Source: a virus. From it: a stretch of 41,208 nt of DNA. The stretch is from UHGV virus genome UHGV-0041851. One strand, 5' to 3'. Below the pieces are notes generated by a model. The model did not search any database. It was given only the letters and a program-made list of their open reading frames with translations, and was not told where the DNA came from. Made by a program: the position numbers and the translations under genes. Shown here one piece after another: positions 18,258-31,610 of this stretch; position 1 is the stretch's first letter, and every line of letters starts with the position of its first letter.

Positions 18258-21200
18258 TTATGCGTATTGTTGGATGACGGCCAGAACGTCCGCCACGTTG
18301 TGTTTTGTCTCGATAATCCACCAGTTACCCGGGAAATCGCTGTTCTTCGCCTTCGCTGGCAGCCAGCGAGCGCCGAATTTCGCCTTGATTGCGTCTTTCG
18401 CACGGAAAAGAACGCCTTTCATGCCTGAGGCTTCCTGAAGCCCAAATACCTCGCCAGCGGCGAATTTTGGTGCGTACATCATCTTCAGGTCGGCGGTGGA
18501 TACGCGATAATTCAGACCAAGAGACTGAGCTATGCTGGTGGCATCACCCTGTATTGATGATAACTCTTCTTGTTTCTCGTTTCTGGCGGCAATCTCTTCC
18601 TCCGTGATGTTGCCAAGGGCTAGGTTTATCCGATCAGCGTCGGCCTGTTTCTCTTCATCGGTGCGCCCGGCAAGAACCGTGTTAATTCTCTGCAATATCT
18701 CCACATGATTCTTGCGCATGCTGAGCAATTCCGGCGTAACCTCGTTAAGATCCACCAGCCCAAGGATGGCAAGGTCGGAAAACATTGATACCAGGTTGTA
18801 GGTCATGCGATAGCTGAGTTGACCATAGGCTGATGGCAACTTCACCGCATCCATTTGATAGGCATCCATAAATTTAGAGCCGTCGTTTACGACATCCGCT
18901 ATTGCAGGTGTGATTTTCCCTGTGGTGGCGGCCTCCCTGATTGCTGTTACCCACGATTGAGTCAGCGCGGCGACTGCATGATTCAGATTGGCTTCCCGTT
19001 CTGCTGCGATGCGCGCGCTTGCTGCGTCCATTGCCTGCTTGATCTCGGCTTTATTGCTGTAAATGCCAATGGTGCCAAACTGTGCTGTGGTGATCTCATA
19101 ATCTGACCCCCGGAACTCATTGGTACCGAAAATGGCATTGGTGACTTCAAGTTCAGAATCCCCGTTACGAGTAGCCCCCTGGCTTGTTTTTTCCGGCATT
19201 CTGGCGATCGCATCCGCTATTTTCTCCTGAATTGCTTCAGGGGATAGCGTATCTCCGTATGACGCGATTACATCGCCATAATTGGAGCCAAACAATTCAA
19301 CCAGGAATGTTTCTGCCGAACGGATCTGGCGGTTATTCCCTTCCGACATCATACCAAGCACCCATTTTGCAATTGACGACTTCAGCGCGCCGTCACGGCG
19401 ATCCGGGTAAACCGCATGCTTCAGTGGGTCCGTATAGGTACCAACAAAATCAATGCTATAGCCTGACTCTGTAGTCTGAACGCCGTACGAGTCAGTTATT
19501 TTGATCATGCCGCGCTGCTGGAAACGGTAGAAATCGTCACAGGAAATGATGTCGTTAATCCCGGCGATGGAGACGCCACCACTGATTTTCTGCATAACAG
19601 CATCTTCATCGGGAGTTACATCCACCTGTTTATCCAGCGTCTTCACATCCCAGTTACCCGATTTGGTGCCTTTGAAGGTAAAGATGATCTCCACGTCTGC
19701 GCGCTGGCTGTCGAAGTCCAGCGACTTAATGCGAACGATATCACCGGCACAATCGTAGTATTGGCCTACACGCCATGAGCGATCGCCGATAACAAGGAAC
19801 TCACTCGCATGGTTAACCAGGTCAGGATCAACATCCAGAATGCCTTTATTTATTGCATCCTCCACCAGCGGGCGCAGGCGTTTGATATCCGTCGCGGCCT
19901 TCTGAGTACGGTTCAATAATTTCTCATAGCGGGAGATGGCCTGAGAGATATTAGCCTTGCGCTGAATGGCGCTTTTCAACGACGCGCGATACTGTGCTAA
20001 CAACATACGGTCTGTGTGATGGACGCTACCCCAGCGGGCTTTCCAGTCTGCGTTATCAGCTGCTTTGGCCATTACCGCCTGTTTGAATTTAGCTACCTCG
20101 GCGGTGGTCTTTTCAAGTTCCGCTTTGCTTCGCTCCAATTCAGCGGTAAGTACCTCCACATCCTCACCAGCTGCGTGCTGCGCCTTGATGTAGTTCTGAA
20201 GGTCGATAGTAGCCTGTTCTTTCTGGCGAGCGCGTTTCGCAGCTTTCGCCTTATCCATTTGAACCTGCATCATTGCCAGACGTTCGCCGTCATCCTTCGC
20301 GGTATACATCTGCATTTCGATCATGTCATTGGCGTCGGCGTTCTCCATTTCTGACTTATCTGAACGGAGGATATCGGAGATCCAGCCTGCTTTACGCTTC
20401 AGCGTCTTCAGTCGGTATTCATCGAAAGACCCCTTGCCGCAGTAGTAGTGAACGCGAACGCTTGCACGGTTGGAGCCAACTCGTGCACCGCGACCGTTAC
20501 GTTGTGCGATGCTGGCTGGTGTCCATGGCAACGTCAGATGATGGATGTCAGTCGTTCCTCGATGCAGGTTGATACCCACCTCTGCCTTTTTGTTGCAGAT
20601 GATGATCGGAGTCCGGCCCTCCTGGAAGTCGGCTGCAATCTTTTCCAGACCGCCCAACGACATTTCATTTTGCTGCGCGATATAGGCGTCATACAGAGCC
20701 ATTTGCTCGTTGTATTTCGCTATCTGTGCATCTGTTGGTTCATCCGGTAGCTCTTTCGGCGGTTTAACCGCTTTCAGTTTCTTACCGGTTTTACCTGCCT
20801 CGGCAACCGTCTGAGCATTCAGGATCCCCACCTTTGAAGGTTCAAGGTTTAGAGCATTGCAGATAATGCGCTTGAGCTTCTGGTGCTGCGTTTTTTCATC
20901 GGTGAAGATGATTTGCTTACCTTCCGGGAAAAACTCCTTCAGCGTGGCGATCAGCTTCGCGTATTTCGGCGTAACGGGGTGAGTTACGGTCTGTTCGTCA
21001 ATGCCAAACCTGGCCAGGCGCTTATTCACTTCCTGCTCGAACGCTTCCGGAACCTGCAACTGAATAAACTCGCCCTTATCTATCAGGGAGTATTGCGATT
21101 GCTGCGTGATTGAATCATCACTGTCGTCGTCTTCGCTGGTGGCTTGTTTAGGCAAACTGTCCGCCAGCTGCTGCACCGCATCGGCGTACTCCGGCAGGAA

Positions 21201-24200
21201 ACGATAGGTGATCCGGCGATAGTACAGGTCCATGTCAGTACATACGCGGTCCATATCCCTGATTATTGAGAAGATCGGACGGGCTTTCTCGTGCTCAATC
21301 ACGCCGTCTTCATTGACCGAGGTCGTTACGCCATTGTTGGCTTTGGCCGCCGCTTCCGCCTGCTGACGCAATTCTTCATACGCCGCCAGTTGTTCTTCAG
21401 TAAGTGGTGCATCCTGCTGGTGTTCGTCCAGCTCCGGGATCTCCACGGTATCCTTAACGTCTTCCGCCGTTTTAAGCGTTACCCAGCGATGGAATATACC
21501 GCGCAGCGCATCAAGGTTTTCAAAGCCCACCAGCGCCATTTTTTCTTCAACTTCACCGCTAATTTTCTGTACCGTTTCCAGCCTGGTCTTGCCGAAGAAT
21601 TTAACGAAGTCATCAGGACCGTAGATCCCCATGTTCTGCCAGTATTCCTTCGGCAGAACATGAGAAAGCATGTTGTATGCATCGATCGGGGTGTTAACGA
21701 CTGGCGTTGCAGTCAGGAGAACCGGCCCGCGCCCGCCATTCTTTTTCATCAGGTACGCGTTTTTAATTGCCATATCTCGCGCCGATTGCGCCACCGCGCT
21801 GGTGGGCAGATAGGCCAGTTGTGACGCTTCGCGACCATTTTTATAGCTATTGCGGTAGTTGTGACCTTCGTCGGCGATCACACTATCGAAGCCCATATCC
21901 TCAAAGTACGGATACTTCTCTGCTTTTTCGGTGCCGGTATCTGAATACTCCGACAATACCCGGCGACGCGCGGCCTCTTTGCGGTGGGAGTCGGAGTCCA
22001 TTGCGCTGGCTACGCGCCCGGCTGCAACGAAGTCATAAAGCATATCCTGTGCATGCTCATCTACGGTGTCATCACGTAGCGGAATGCGGGCGTATTGTTC
22101 TTTGGTAAACACGACTGCACGGTAATTTGAGTGCGGGATCGCGTTCATCCGCGCCGTGATAGTGGCTTCATCTGCCAGCTTAAGAGCATCGCGCATAACT
22201 GGAGTGCCATCAGTACCAAGAACAGGTTTACCGTTCTCATTGAGCACCGGCACCTGGCGAATCTGATCGCCATCCATCAGCACATCAAGACCGACGAACA
22301 GGTAGTTACTGAATGCCTCTTCACTCAGGAACTCTTTTGCTTCGTAATACCAGTTTTCCAGCACTGATTTAGGCACTACATACGCAGTACGGGTGGAGCG
22401 ACCGTTCTCATAGTTGAACGCCTCAAGCGCCAGCGCGGTCGTCGTTTTACCCAGCCCGGTGCCGAAGCCCAGGATGCCGCGCCCATCTTCGGACAGTCGT
22501 CTCACCTCGCTATTCTGGTAATCAAATGGCTGGCGCTTACCGCTTAATCCCTTCAACCCAAGCGGATCGCCAGAGTGTTCATACGGGATATTGCTATTGA
22601 ACACATCGTTGTATTTGGCAACCAGTTCATCGTAGCGATCGTGCGTCTTGATCCACTTATTGAACTGGTCCTCAAGCAGTGCCATCTGCTCGCGGTAGCC
22701 GTTCGCCGTCGCGCTATCTTTGCCACCGATACGCGCACCATTGAGATACTTTTCCAGCTGTGCCGGGAACCCGGTCGCGTTTTCACCTGATTTACGGTCC
22801 CACTCGTAGCGGATCTCGCCTGTTTCTTTATCCTTGCGCTGGACGACACCGTATCGGTGCCCGACGAACAGACCATCACCACCGTGATAGGTGTCAGAAA
22901 CCATTTCGTCGCCTTCCAGCTGCACTGACTGCACATAGCGCAGATCCGGATAGCCGTTTTCCTGCAAAAATTCCAGAATGACGGAGCGGTCGAACCAACG
23001 GCTATTGAGCTTAAAGCGGATATTCTCTGCTGGCGTCTTGATGCGCTTCTCTTCGATCGCTGCCAGCTGATTAAGGACGTTGTTCTTTACTGGACCGTCG
23101 GGGAGTGTGGCAAGAAATTCCTGTTTTGGAGCCACTATCTCGTTAATGTCGCCGCTGGTGGCGCGGGCGAACGGAACAATCCCGCCATACGGTGAAACCG
23201 CAATACCAGGGGTGCTGGCCAATAAATTAAGCAACTCTTCATCACTGGCTGGCAGTTCGCCGGTAAACGCAAGGCGGAAATCATCGAGCTGGATTGGATC
23301 GCGGGTAAGATCGCTATAGAGATAACGCAGGGTGTCCTGATAGCTGGTGGAGTCATAACTGGCGCTGGAATCATGCGTAACCAGCTTTCCTGTCAGCTCG
23401 TCAGAAATAGTGCCATCCAGCTTAATCGCACCACGGAAAGCAAACCAGGCGCGCGCACCGCTCCCCGACAATTTCGCTATCGGACCGCGACCGGGGTTAC
23501 CAAAACGGTCAATCTCTGCCTGCAAACGGGATACCAGAGAAAGGCGCTGCTGTTCGATTTGTTCAGCACTATGCCCGGCGGCCTTCATGTCCTGATATTC
23601 AATTAACATCCGGCCAATCATCGCCCCGCGATACAAGCGTTCACGGTATTTTTCAGGCTGGCTGTTAATCCAGTCCACCAGCTGCACCATATCGTCGCTG
23701 ATTGATGTGGTGTACTTATCGCGGACATTTGCCATCTGGGTAAATGTCATGCCGAGACGGCCTTCTGTTGTAGTCAGGTTACGCTGAAGAGCCTCCCAGC
23801 TATCCGCGCCATAACTGGCAGCATCGATCTTAAGTTCCTTCCCGGCATCAGCTTCAATCCAGCGACCACCAGCATATTTTTGCCATACGCCATTAATCAG
23901 GCGCATTTCCCCTTCACCAACAACGTCTGCGGTCGGTGACGGTTCAGCCATATCGAGCAAAGACCAGTCGATACGGCTTTCGAAACGATGAATCAGCTTC
24001 GCTTTAAGAGCCTGGTTATCAATCTGACCGTCGGCACGAACCTCAATACGCCCCTGGAAGCCCTTTTCCTGGGTGCCATGAACAAACCGGCGACCGTCCT
24101 TTTCAAACCACTTGCCAGAAATAAACGTTGGCCAAAGCACATTTGCCGATTCAAGAGTGCTTTCATCCACCAGGGGGATTTTCTCAGCCATCTCTGCCGG

Positions 24201-25025
24201 ATGTTTGCGCATCAGCACCACATCAACGACTGTACTGGTCCCGTTTGCGTCAAAAGTACCGGTAGGCAAGCGGTGAGCGCCAAGAAATTCAGCTTTACGG
24301 GATAAGCGCAGGCGTAACCGCTTCATGTTTGAACCTGAAACAATGGACGGCGGCACAATCACACACATGAATCCGCCAGGTTTTATCTTGTCCAGCATGC
24401 GGAGCATGAAGTAAGACCCCATGTCCGTTTCTTCTGCGTAAGGCTTATCGATGTTGCGTGTGTTATCACGACCGCCGAACGGAACGTTACCCACAACATG
24501 GTCGAATGAATCGTTAGGCGTGTTTATAGCCAGCTGTTCGAACGGGGAAATCTGTACGCTGTCTTCCGGGTGTAACAACTGGTTTATACGACCGGAAACA
24601 CTGCTGATCTCAGTCGCGGTCATCACCGTACCAACCGGTTTTGTCTCATTAAAAACGCCGGTTCCCGCCGATGGTTCCAGAGTGTTACCTACGTCCGCGC
24701 CGTAGAGCTTCATGATCTCCCAGACACCTTCAGCGATAGGCTTTGGTGTGTAATATTCGGAGACGGACCCGCCAATGCCGCCTTCACCAGTGTACCCGGC
24801 CAGGATCTGGCGCTGTTCATCTGTCAGTGTCGCGCCGTCCACCAGCGAATTAAGCAAATCTATCGCCTTCTGATTCGCCTCCCGGCGCAGTCGGTCATAG
24901 CTTTTGCCTTCCACCTTTTCCACGCCGTATTTAATCGGCGCTCGGTGAGATGTTATTGCCCTAATGTATTTCAATATTTCGCTGACACTTGAACAGCGAA
25001 ACACCCCCATAGATAGCTTGTTCAT
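18258..25025 (-). CDS. darB: DarB, defence-against-restriction protein with methyltransferase and helicase domains
   Basis: 2255-aa ORF, the length reported for P1 DarB; methyltransferase-like N-terminal region and helicase motifs (GTGLGKTT, DEGH). Confidence 0.9.
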   Translation of the reverse strand: MNKLSMGVFRCSSVSEILKYIRAITSHRAPIKYGVEKVEGKSYDRLRREANQKAIDLLNSLVDGATLTDEQRQILAGYTGEGGIGGSVSEYYTPKPIAEGVWEIMKLYGADVGNTLEPSAGTGVFNETKPVGTVMTATEISSVSGRINQLLHPEDSVQISPFEQLAINTPNDSFDHVVGNVPFGGRDNTRNIDKPYAEETDMGSYFMLRMLDKIKPGGFMCVIVPPSIVSGSNMKRLRLRLSRKAEFLGAHRLPTGTFDANGTSTVVDVVLMRKHPAEMAEKIPLVDESTLESANVLWPTFISGKWFEKDGRRFVHGTQEKGFQGRIEVRADGQIDNQALKAKLIHRFESRIDWSLLDMAEPSPTADVVGEGEMRLINGVWQKYAGGRWIEADAGKELKIDAASYGADSWEALQRNLTTTEGRLGMTFTQMANVRDKYTTSISDDMVQLVDWINSQPEKYRERLYRGAMIGRMLIEYQDMKAAGHSAEQIEQQRLSLVSRLQAEIDRFGNPGRGPIAKLSGSGARAWFAFRGAIKLDGTISDELTGKLVTHDSSASYDSTSYQDTLRYLYSDLTRDPIQLDDFRLAFTGELPASDEELLNLLASTPGIAVSPYGGIVPFARATSGDINEIVAPKQEFLATLPDGPVKNNVLNQLAAIEEKRIKTPAENIRFKLNSRWFDRSVILEFLQENGYPDLRYVQSVQLEGDEMVSDTYHGGDGLFVGHRYGVVQRKDKETGEIRYEWDRKSGENATGFPAQLEKYLNGARIGGKDSATANGYREQMALLEDQFNKWIKTHDRYDELVAKYNDVFNSNIPYEHSGDPLGLKGLSGKRQPFDYQNSEVRRLSEDGRGILGFGTGLGKTTTALALEAFNYENGRSTRTAYVVPKSVLENWYYEAKEFLSEEAFSNYLFVGLDVLMDGDQIRQVPVLNENGKPVLGTDGTPVMRDALKLADEATITARMNAIPHSNYRAVVFTKEQYARIPLRDDTVDEHAQDMLYDFVAAGRVASAMDSDSHRKEAARRRVLSEYSDTGTEKAEKYPYFEDMGFDSVIADEGHNYRNSYKNGREASQLAYLPTSAVAQSARDMAIKNAYLMKKNGGRGPVLLTATPVVNTPIDAYNMLSHVLPKEYWQNMGIYGPDDFVKFFGKTRLETVQKISGEVEEKMALVGFENLDALRGIFHRWVTLKTAEDVKDTVEIPELDEHQQDAPLTEEQLAAYEELRQQAEAAAKANNGVTTSVNEDGVIEHEKARPIFSIIRDMDRVCTDMDLYYRRITYRFLPEYADAVQQLADSLPKQATSEDDDSDDSITQQSQYSLIDKGEFIQLQVPEAFEQEVNKRLARFGIDEQTVTHPVTPKYAKLIATLKEFFPEGKQIIFTDEKTQHQKLKRIICNALNLEPSKVGILNAQTVAEAGKTGKKLKAVKPPKELPDEPTDAQIAKYNEQMALYDAYIAQQNEMSLGGLEKIAADFQEGRTPIIICNKKAEVGINLHRGTTDIHHLTLPWTPASIAQRNGRGARVGSNRASVRVHYYCGKGSFDEYRLKTLKRKAGWISDILRSDKSEMENADANDMIEMQMYTAKDDGERLAMMQVQMDKAKAAKRARQKEQATIDLQNYIKAQHAAGEDVEVLTAELERSKAELEKTTAEVAKFKQAVMAKAADNADWKARWGSVHHTDRMLLAQYRASLKSAIQRKANISQAISRYEKLLNRTQKAATDIKRLRPLVEDAINKGILDVDPDLVNHASEFLVIGDRSWRVGQYYDCAGDIVRIKSLDFDSQRADVEIIFTFKGTKSGNWDVKTLDKQVDVTPDEDAVMQKISGGVSIAGINDIISCDDFYRFQQRGMIKITDSYGVQTTESGYSIDFVGTYTDPLKHAVYPDRRDGALKSSIAKWVLGMMSEGNNRQIRSAETFLVELFGSNYGDVIASYGDTLSPEAIQEKIADAIARMPEKTSQGATRNGDSELEVTNAIFGTNEFRGSDYEITTAQFGTIGIYSNKAEIKQAMDAASARIAAEREANLNHAVAALTQSWVTAIREAATTGKITPAIADVVNDGSKFMDAYQMDAVKLPSAYGQLSYRMTYNLVSMFSDLAILGLVDLNEVTPELLSMRKNHVEILQRINTVLAGRTDEEKQADADRINLALGNITEEEIAARNEKQEELSSIQGDATSIAQSLGLNYRVSTADLKMMYAPKFAAGEVFGLQEASGMKGVLFRAKDAIKAKFGARWLPAKAKNSDFPGNWWIIETKHNVADVLAVIQQYA

Positions 25026-25033
25026 TGGTAATC

Positions 25034-25046
25034 ATTAACAAGTGAC
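25034..25046 (+). promoter_or_regulatory. Candidate late-promoter element upstream of prt
   Basis: TTAACAAGTGACT within the near-palindrome TTAACAAGTGACTAGTGTTAA, in the darB/prt divergent intergenic region. Confidence 0.4.
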
Positions 25047-25091
25047 TAGTGTTAAATTCCGTTAGAACACGATGCGAATTATTCTAATTAA

Positions 25092-27822
<2,731 letters not shown>

Positions 27823-27834
27823 CCACCAAAAATA

Positions 27835-27862
27835 ACCCCGGCGGATGCCGGGGTTCTCGTTA
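27835..27862 (+). terminator. Terminator-like hairpin after pro
   Basis: AACCCCGGC-GGAT-GCCGGGGTT stem-loop followed by a T-rich stretch. Confidence 0.4.
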
Positions 27863-27866
27863 ACTA

Positions 27867-28121
27867 TTATCGCCTTCGCCTGCGTGCCATATATTTGCGC
27901 ACCGCGCGGCGTGGACAATCTGAAGCGGTTTCTTTCTGCTGCATCAATCTTGCAGCCATGCTCAAAAATGTCAGGCACAGCCGAAGCCCAGCATACAATA
28001 GCGGTTCCAGTGGCCACGTCTCATTGAGCACATATATCGCCATGAAAATCGAGTCGAAAACTATCGCCGCCAGCGATAACTTCATTGTCGAAAGTCGGCG
28101 GAGCTGCCGGAGCTTATTCAT
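27867..28121 (-). CDS. Small membrane protein downstream of lyz (possible lysis accessory protein)
   Basis: 84-aa ORF whose start overlaps the lyz stop; hydrophobic segment plus strongly basic C-terminus (RRRRR). Confidence 0.3.
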   Translation of the reverse strand: MNKLRQLRRLSTMKLSLAAIVFDSIFMAIYVLNETWPLEPLLYAGLRLCLTFLSMAARLMQQKETASDCPRRAVRKYMARRRRR

Positions 28122-28671
28122 TGACCAGTCCCGTCAGGCAAAGCTGGCGTTCTTTTTCACGGCGAATCTTTAAACCTCGCAGGGGCACGCCGTTACTGTT
28201 CACGAAATCAGGGAGATGGTTACACATATTCACCCATTCCCCTTTCTGCGCCCACTTGTGGATGGACGTTTCTACTCGCATGCCTCGCGCTTTGCTGTAG
28301 TAGGTCCGTAAGCTATTGCATCCCATATTGAATGCCGCGCTTGTCATTGCACTGAAGGCATTATCGGGCATGTCTTTGCCCCGGAAGTGCTGATTAATAC
28401 AGCGTTCAACGATCAGGATATTCTTTTCCCAATCAGCGGCGATTTGCTGGTCTGTTTTTCGCACACCCGGCGTTACCCCGTGTGTATTACCGATCCCGTC
28501 AGTCCATACCCCTGCCGGGCACATGTATGGATCACGTCGGCAACCTTCAGCGTTTCCGATAAGCTCAAGCCCCGCCTGGTTGGTTCGCACATTGCCATTA
28601 CCCATCACGATGGTAATCATCACCGCGATAGCGCAAATTGCACCGCCTCCTGCGGCTGTTTTTCCCTTCAT
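28114..28671 (-). CDS. lyz: Lyz, SAR-endolysin (T4 lysozyme-like)
   Basis: 185-aa product from the internal Met (MKGKTAAGGGAICAIAVMITIVMG...): N-terminal signal-anchor-release segment followed by a lysozyme-like catalytic region; the track ORF extends 33 codons upstream. Confidence 0.88.
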   Translation of the reverse strand: MKGKTAAGGGAICAIAVMITIVMGNGNVRTNQAGLELIGNAEGCRRDPYMCPAGVWTDGIGNTHGVTPGVRKTDQQIAADWEKNILIVERCINQHFRGKDMPDNAFSAMTSAAFNMGCNSLRTYYSKARGMRVETSIHKWAQKGEWVNMCNHLPDFVNSNGVPLRGLKIRREKERQLCLTGLVNE

Positions 28672-28769
28672 AAAGACCTCATAAGCGAATTTTTTACGCT
28701 CCAGGACAAACACCCATTCACAGCCAATACCGACTGACTCGATCCCTTTAGAAGGCACAGGATAATGCA

Positions 28770-28782
28770 AATCACTTGTTAG
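28770..28782 (-). promoter_or_regulatory. Candidate late-promoter element upstream of lyz
   Basis: Minus strand reads CTAACAAGTGATT, fourth copy of the recurrent motif, oriented with lyz. Confidence 0.4.
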
Positions 28783-28804
28783 CTACGTTTCAAAGATATA
28801 AATT

Positions 28805-28821
28805 ATTGCTCTAATTAATTT
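28805..28821 (+). promoter_or_regulatory. C1 operator-like site upstream of ssb
   Basis: ATTGCTCTAATTAATTT, 16/17 to consensus, ending 20 bp before the ssb start. Confidence 0.55.
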
Positions 28822-28840
28822 ATTTTGTTGGATAAGAAAA

Positions 28841-29329
28841 GTGGCACAACGCGGTGTAAACAAAGTCATCCTGATTGGTACCCTGGGACAAGACCCAGAT
28901 ATCAGGTATATACCAAATGGCGGAGCAGTCGGAAGACTCAGCATCGCAACGAATGAATCATGGCGCGACAAGCAAACAGGCAAACAGAAAGAGCAAACAG
29001 AATGGCATAAAGTCATTTTGTTCGGAAAAATTGCTGAAATTGCGAGTGAATATTTACGAAAAGGTTCTCAGGTCTACATCGAAGGGAAACTTAAAACCCG
29101 TAAGTGGACAGATGACGCCGGTGTAGAACGTTACACGACGGAAATTATCGTCAGCCAGGGCGGCACCATGCAAATGATCGGCGCTCGCCGCGACGATTCA
29201 CAATTCTCAAATGGCTGGGGGCAGTCAAACCAACCTCAAAACCACCAGCAATACAGCGGTGGCGGTAAACCTCAGAGCAACGCCAATAGCGAACTTCCAA
29301 TGGACTTTGAAGACGATATTCCATTTTGA
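28841..29329 (+). CDS. ssb: Single-stranded DNA-binding protein
   Basis: 162 aa; OB-fold N-terminal region, Gly/Gln-rich linker and canonical acidic C-terminal tail DFEDDIPF. Confidence 0.95.
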   Translation: MAQRGVNKVILIGTLGQDPDIRYIPNGGAVGRLSIATNESWRDKQTGKQKEQTEWHKVILFGKIAEIASEYLRKGSQVYIEGKLKTRKWTDDAGVERYTTEIIVSQGGTMQMIGARRDDSQFSNGWGQSNQPQNHQQYSGGGKPQSNANSELPMDFEDDIPF

Positions 29330-29381
29330 GAGGGCTGAAAGTTGCTCGATTACTTAAAAATAACTTTACCTAATTGGTGTA

Positions 29382-29407
29382 AAAAAATGGGCGCAACAAA
29401 GCGCCCC
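29382..29407 (-). terminator. Terminator-like hairpin with T-run on the minus strand
   Basis: GGGCGC-AACAAA-GCGCCC flanked by a 7-nt A-run on plus (T-run on minus). Confidence 0.4.
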
Positions 29408-29462
29408 AACAATAGAGTTTCAAATTAATAAAAAGGTAATAAATAACATGAAGTTAAATTGA

Positions 29463-29510
29463 GAAGAGGCAATTTTATTGCCTCTTCAAAGGTGGCATGA
29501 GGGTGCCACC
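29463..29510 (-). terminator. Tandem hairpins downstream of the porin gene
   Basis: GAAGAGGCAA-TTTTA-TTGCCTCTTC and GGTGGCA-TGAGGG-TGCCACC about 50 bp past the porin stop. Confidence 0.5.
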
Positions 29511-29562
29511 TATATGCGGGCAGTGACATCACTCCCTTCCCGCATATTCTTACCTACCAAAA

Positions 29563-30675
29563 TTAGAATTGGTAGGTCATACCAACAGCAACGATGTTGT
29601 CGGTTGCAACGCCAGATTTTTTGGTAAAATCACTTTCATCGATCAGGTTGATCTTATAGTCAACGAAAGTGGACATATTCTTGTTAAAGTAATAAGTCGC
29701 GCCCACGTCGATGTATTCAACCAGATCCTGGTTACCGAACGCACCAATATTTTCACCGCGAGAGTGTAGGTAAGCGATGGACGGACGCAGGCCGAAATCA
29801 AACTGGTATTGAGCAACGGCTTCAAAGTTTTTCGCCTTGTTCGCGATATGGTCATCACCGAAGACTGTCATATTCTGAGTTTCAGAATAAGTTGTAGCCA
29901 GGTAAATGTTGTTTGCATCATATTTCAGGCCCGTAGCCCATACTTCAGCAGTTTTACCAGAGGCATTCAGAGGGCTGGCTTTAGCATAGGATACCTGTCC
30001 ATCAGTACGGTCAGATTTTGCATAGGTTGCAGCAACGCCAAATCCTTCATAATCGTAAGTAGCTGACAGACCAAAGCCATCACCATTAGATTCAACTTCG
30101 TCGCGGCCTTTCCAGTTGTTCACTTTTGCAGCACTATCATTTTTACCTTGATACTGCAAAGCAAAGTTCAGACCATCAACCAAGCCGAAGAAATTATTGT
30201 TACGATAGGTCGCGACGCCAGTAGCACGCTGGGTCATAAATACATCAGTCTGAGTCCAGGTATCTCCACCAAACTCCGGCAGCACGTCAGTCCAAGCGCC
30301 AACATCATAAGCTACACCGTAGTTGCGACCATAGTCGAGCGAACCATAATCGCCAAAGCGAAGCCCTGCAAACGCAAGACGAGTTTTATCTTTATCAGAA
30401 CCTTCAGTTTCAGAACGGTTACCTTTAAATTCGTACTCCCACTGACCAAAACCGGTTAACTGGTCATTAATCTGAGTTTCACCTTTGAAGCCCATACGAG
30501 CATAAGTTTTATCCCCGTCATCACTAGCCGAAGAAGAGAAGTAATGCTCTGCATTAACTTTGCCGTACAGATCCAGTTTGTTACCGTCTTTGTTATAGAT
30601 TTCTGCCGCTTGTGCAGACATTGCCATCAGAACAGATGCTGCAACCGTAGAAAGTGCCACTGTAATTTTTTTCAT
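29563..30675 (-). CDS. General outer-membrane porin, NmpC/Lc/PhoE-like (OmpC/OmpF family)
   Basis: 370 aa; signal peptide [39 protein letters not shown]; porin hallmarks and C-terminal ...[12 protein letters not shown]; closest by memory to prophage-encoded NmpC/Lc. Confidence 0.9.
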   Translation of the reverse strand: MKKITVALSTVAASVLMAMSAQAAEIYNKDGNKLDLYGKVNAEHYFSSSASDDGDKTYARMGFKGETQINDQLTGFGQWEYEFKGNRSETEGSDKDKTRLAFAGLRFGDYGSLDYGRNYGVAYDVGAWTDVLPEFGGDTWTQTDVFMTQRATGVATYRNNNFFGLVDGLNFALQYQGKNDSAAKVNNWKGRDEVESNGDGFGLSATYDYEGFGVAATYAKSDRTDGQVSYAKASPLNASGKTAEVWATGLKYDANNIYLATTYSETQNMTVFGDDHIANKAKNFEAVAQYQFDFGLRPSIAYLHSRGENIGAFGNQDLVEYIDVGATYYFNKNMSTFVDYKINLIDESDFTKKSGVATDNIVAVGMTYQF

Positions 30676-30961
30676 TTTTTTTCCTTTAGATTGAACTTTT
30701 CAACAGAAAAGAAGTCACTTAGGGAAGATGTTTATCTTTTTTTGATTTACATTTCAAGTTTTTTAAATAAATATCGAGATATTTTCGTGATCAGGATCAC
30801 AAAAAACACCATTGCAAACCAATTAATTATTAGGATGGTATTAATAATATAGAGTAAAAAATAACACTAAGACCAAATCGCAACCAGAAACAACAGCGCA
30901 GTATAAAACACGGGTAGTGCATCCAATTAGTAGAACATGTGTTTTTCGATAAACGCTCCGA

Positions 30962-31314
30962 TCACTTTTTCGTGGATCTCAACTGAGCGTGAGAAGCAGA
31001 TTGTTTTTTACGAGCCAACTGCTTAATGCGGGTGCGTAGCGTCAGATTATTACGCTCAATGCGTTGGGTGAATATTTTGCCGGTCAGATGCTTATTCTTC
31101 GCCCCCCCCCGGCCATAGCTGCCCCAGTCATCGCTGGTGAGCATGCCGATATTGAAGGGTATAAGCAGTGCCAGTAGCTCCCGGCACGTTTGATCGGTTC
31201 GGGGACCAAAAGTGTAGGCCAGTACACCGCCTGTTTTGGTGTTGTACGCGTACCAGAGCCAGTGTTGCCGGCAACGTAGCTCCATTGCTCATCAAGCTCG
31301 CAGATAAGCGCCAC
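30962..31314 (-). pseudogene. insB: insB-like transposase frame, split across two reading frames
   Basis: N-terminal InsB-like segment (..ICELDEQWSYV..) and C-terminal segment (..WLWYAYNTKTGGVLAYTFGPRTD..GKIFTQRIERNNLTLRTRIK..) lie in different frames; a C8/G8 homopolymer at 31098-31105 lies within the frame. Confidence 0.55.
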
Positions 31315-31340
31315 ATCAGCGTGGGCAACAGGCGAAGAAG

Positions 31341-31610
31341 TTATTCGCGTTGGCGCGAGTTTTTTAAAGTCCGGATGACGGTGTTAATACCAATTTTCAG
31401 TGTTTTGGCGGTATCGCGAACCCCGGCACCATTAAAGGCCATTTCAGTGATCAGCTCTTTCATACCCGGCTTACGTGCTTGATAAGTATAAGTGAGCTGA
31501 AACACACGGTGGCAGTCACGGCAGCGAAATCTGTCACGGCCTTTAGGGTTTTGACCATGGCGGTAAACCCGAGCTAACTGACAACGGGGACAATGAATAT
31601 TAACGCTGGT
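31341..31610 (-). pseudogene. insA: insA-like frame lacking a canonical start codon
   Basis: Translation ..IHCPRCQ..RFRCRDCHRVF..GVRDTAKTLKIGINTVIRTLKNSRQRE resembles the IS1 InsA zinc-finger/HTH protein, but no in-frame ATG/GTG/TTG precedes the zinc finger. Confidence 0.4.

Noticed and set aside
18855-24705. Multiple 60-180-aa plus-strand ORFs inside darB
   Set aside because: All lie antisense within the continuous 2255-codon darB frame; none has independent features.
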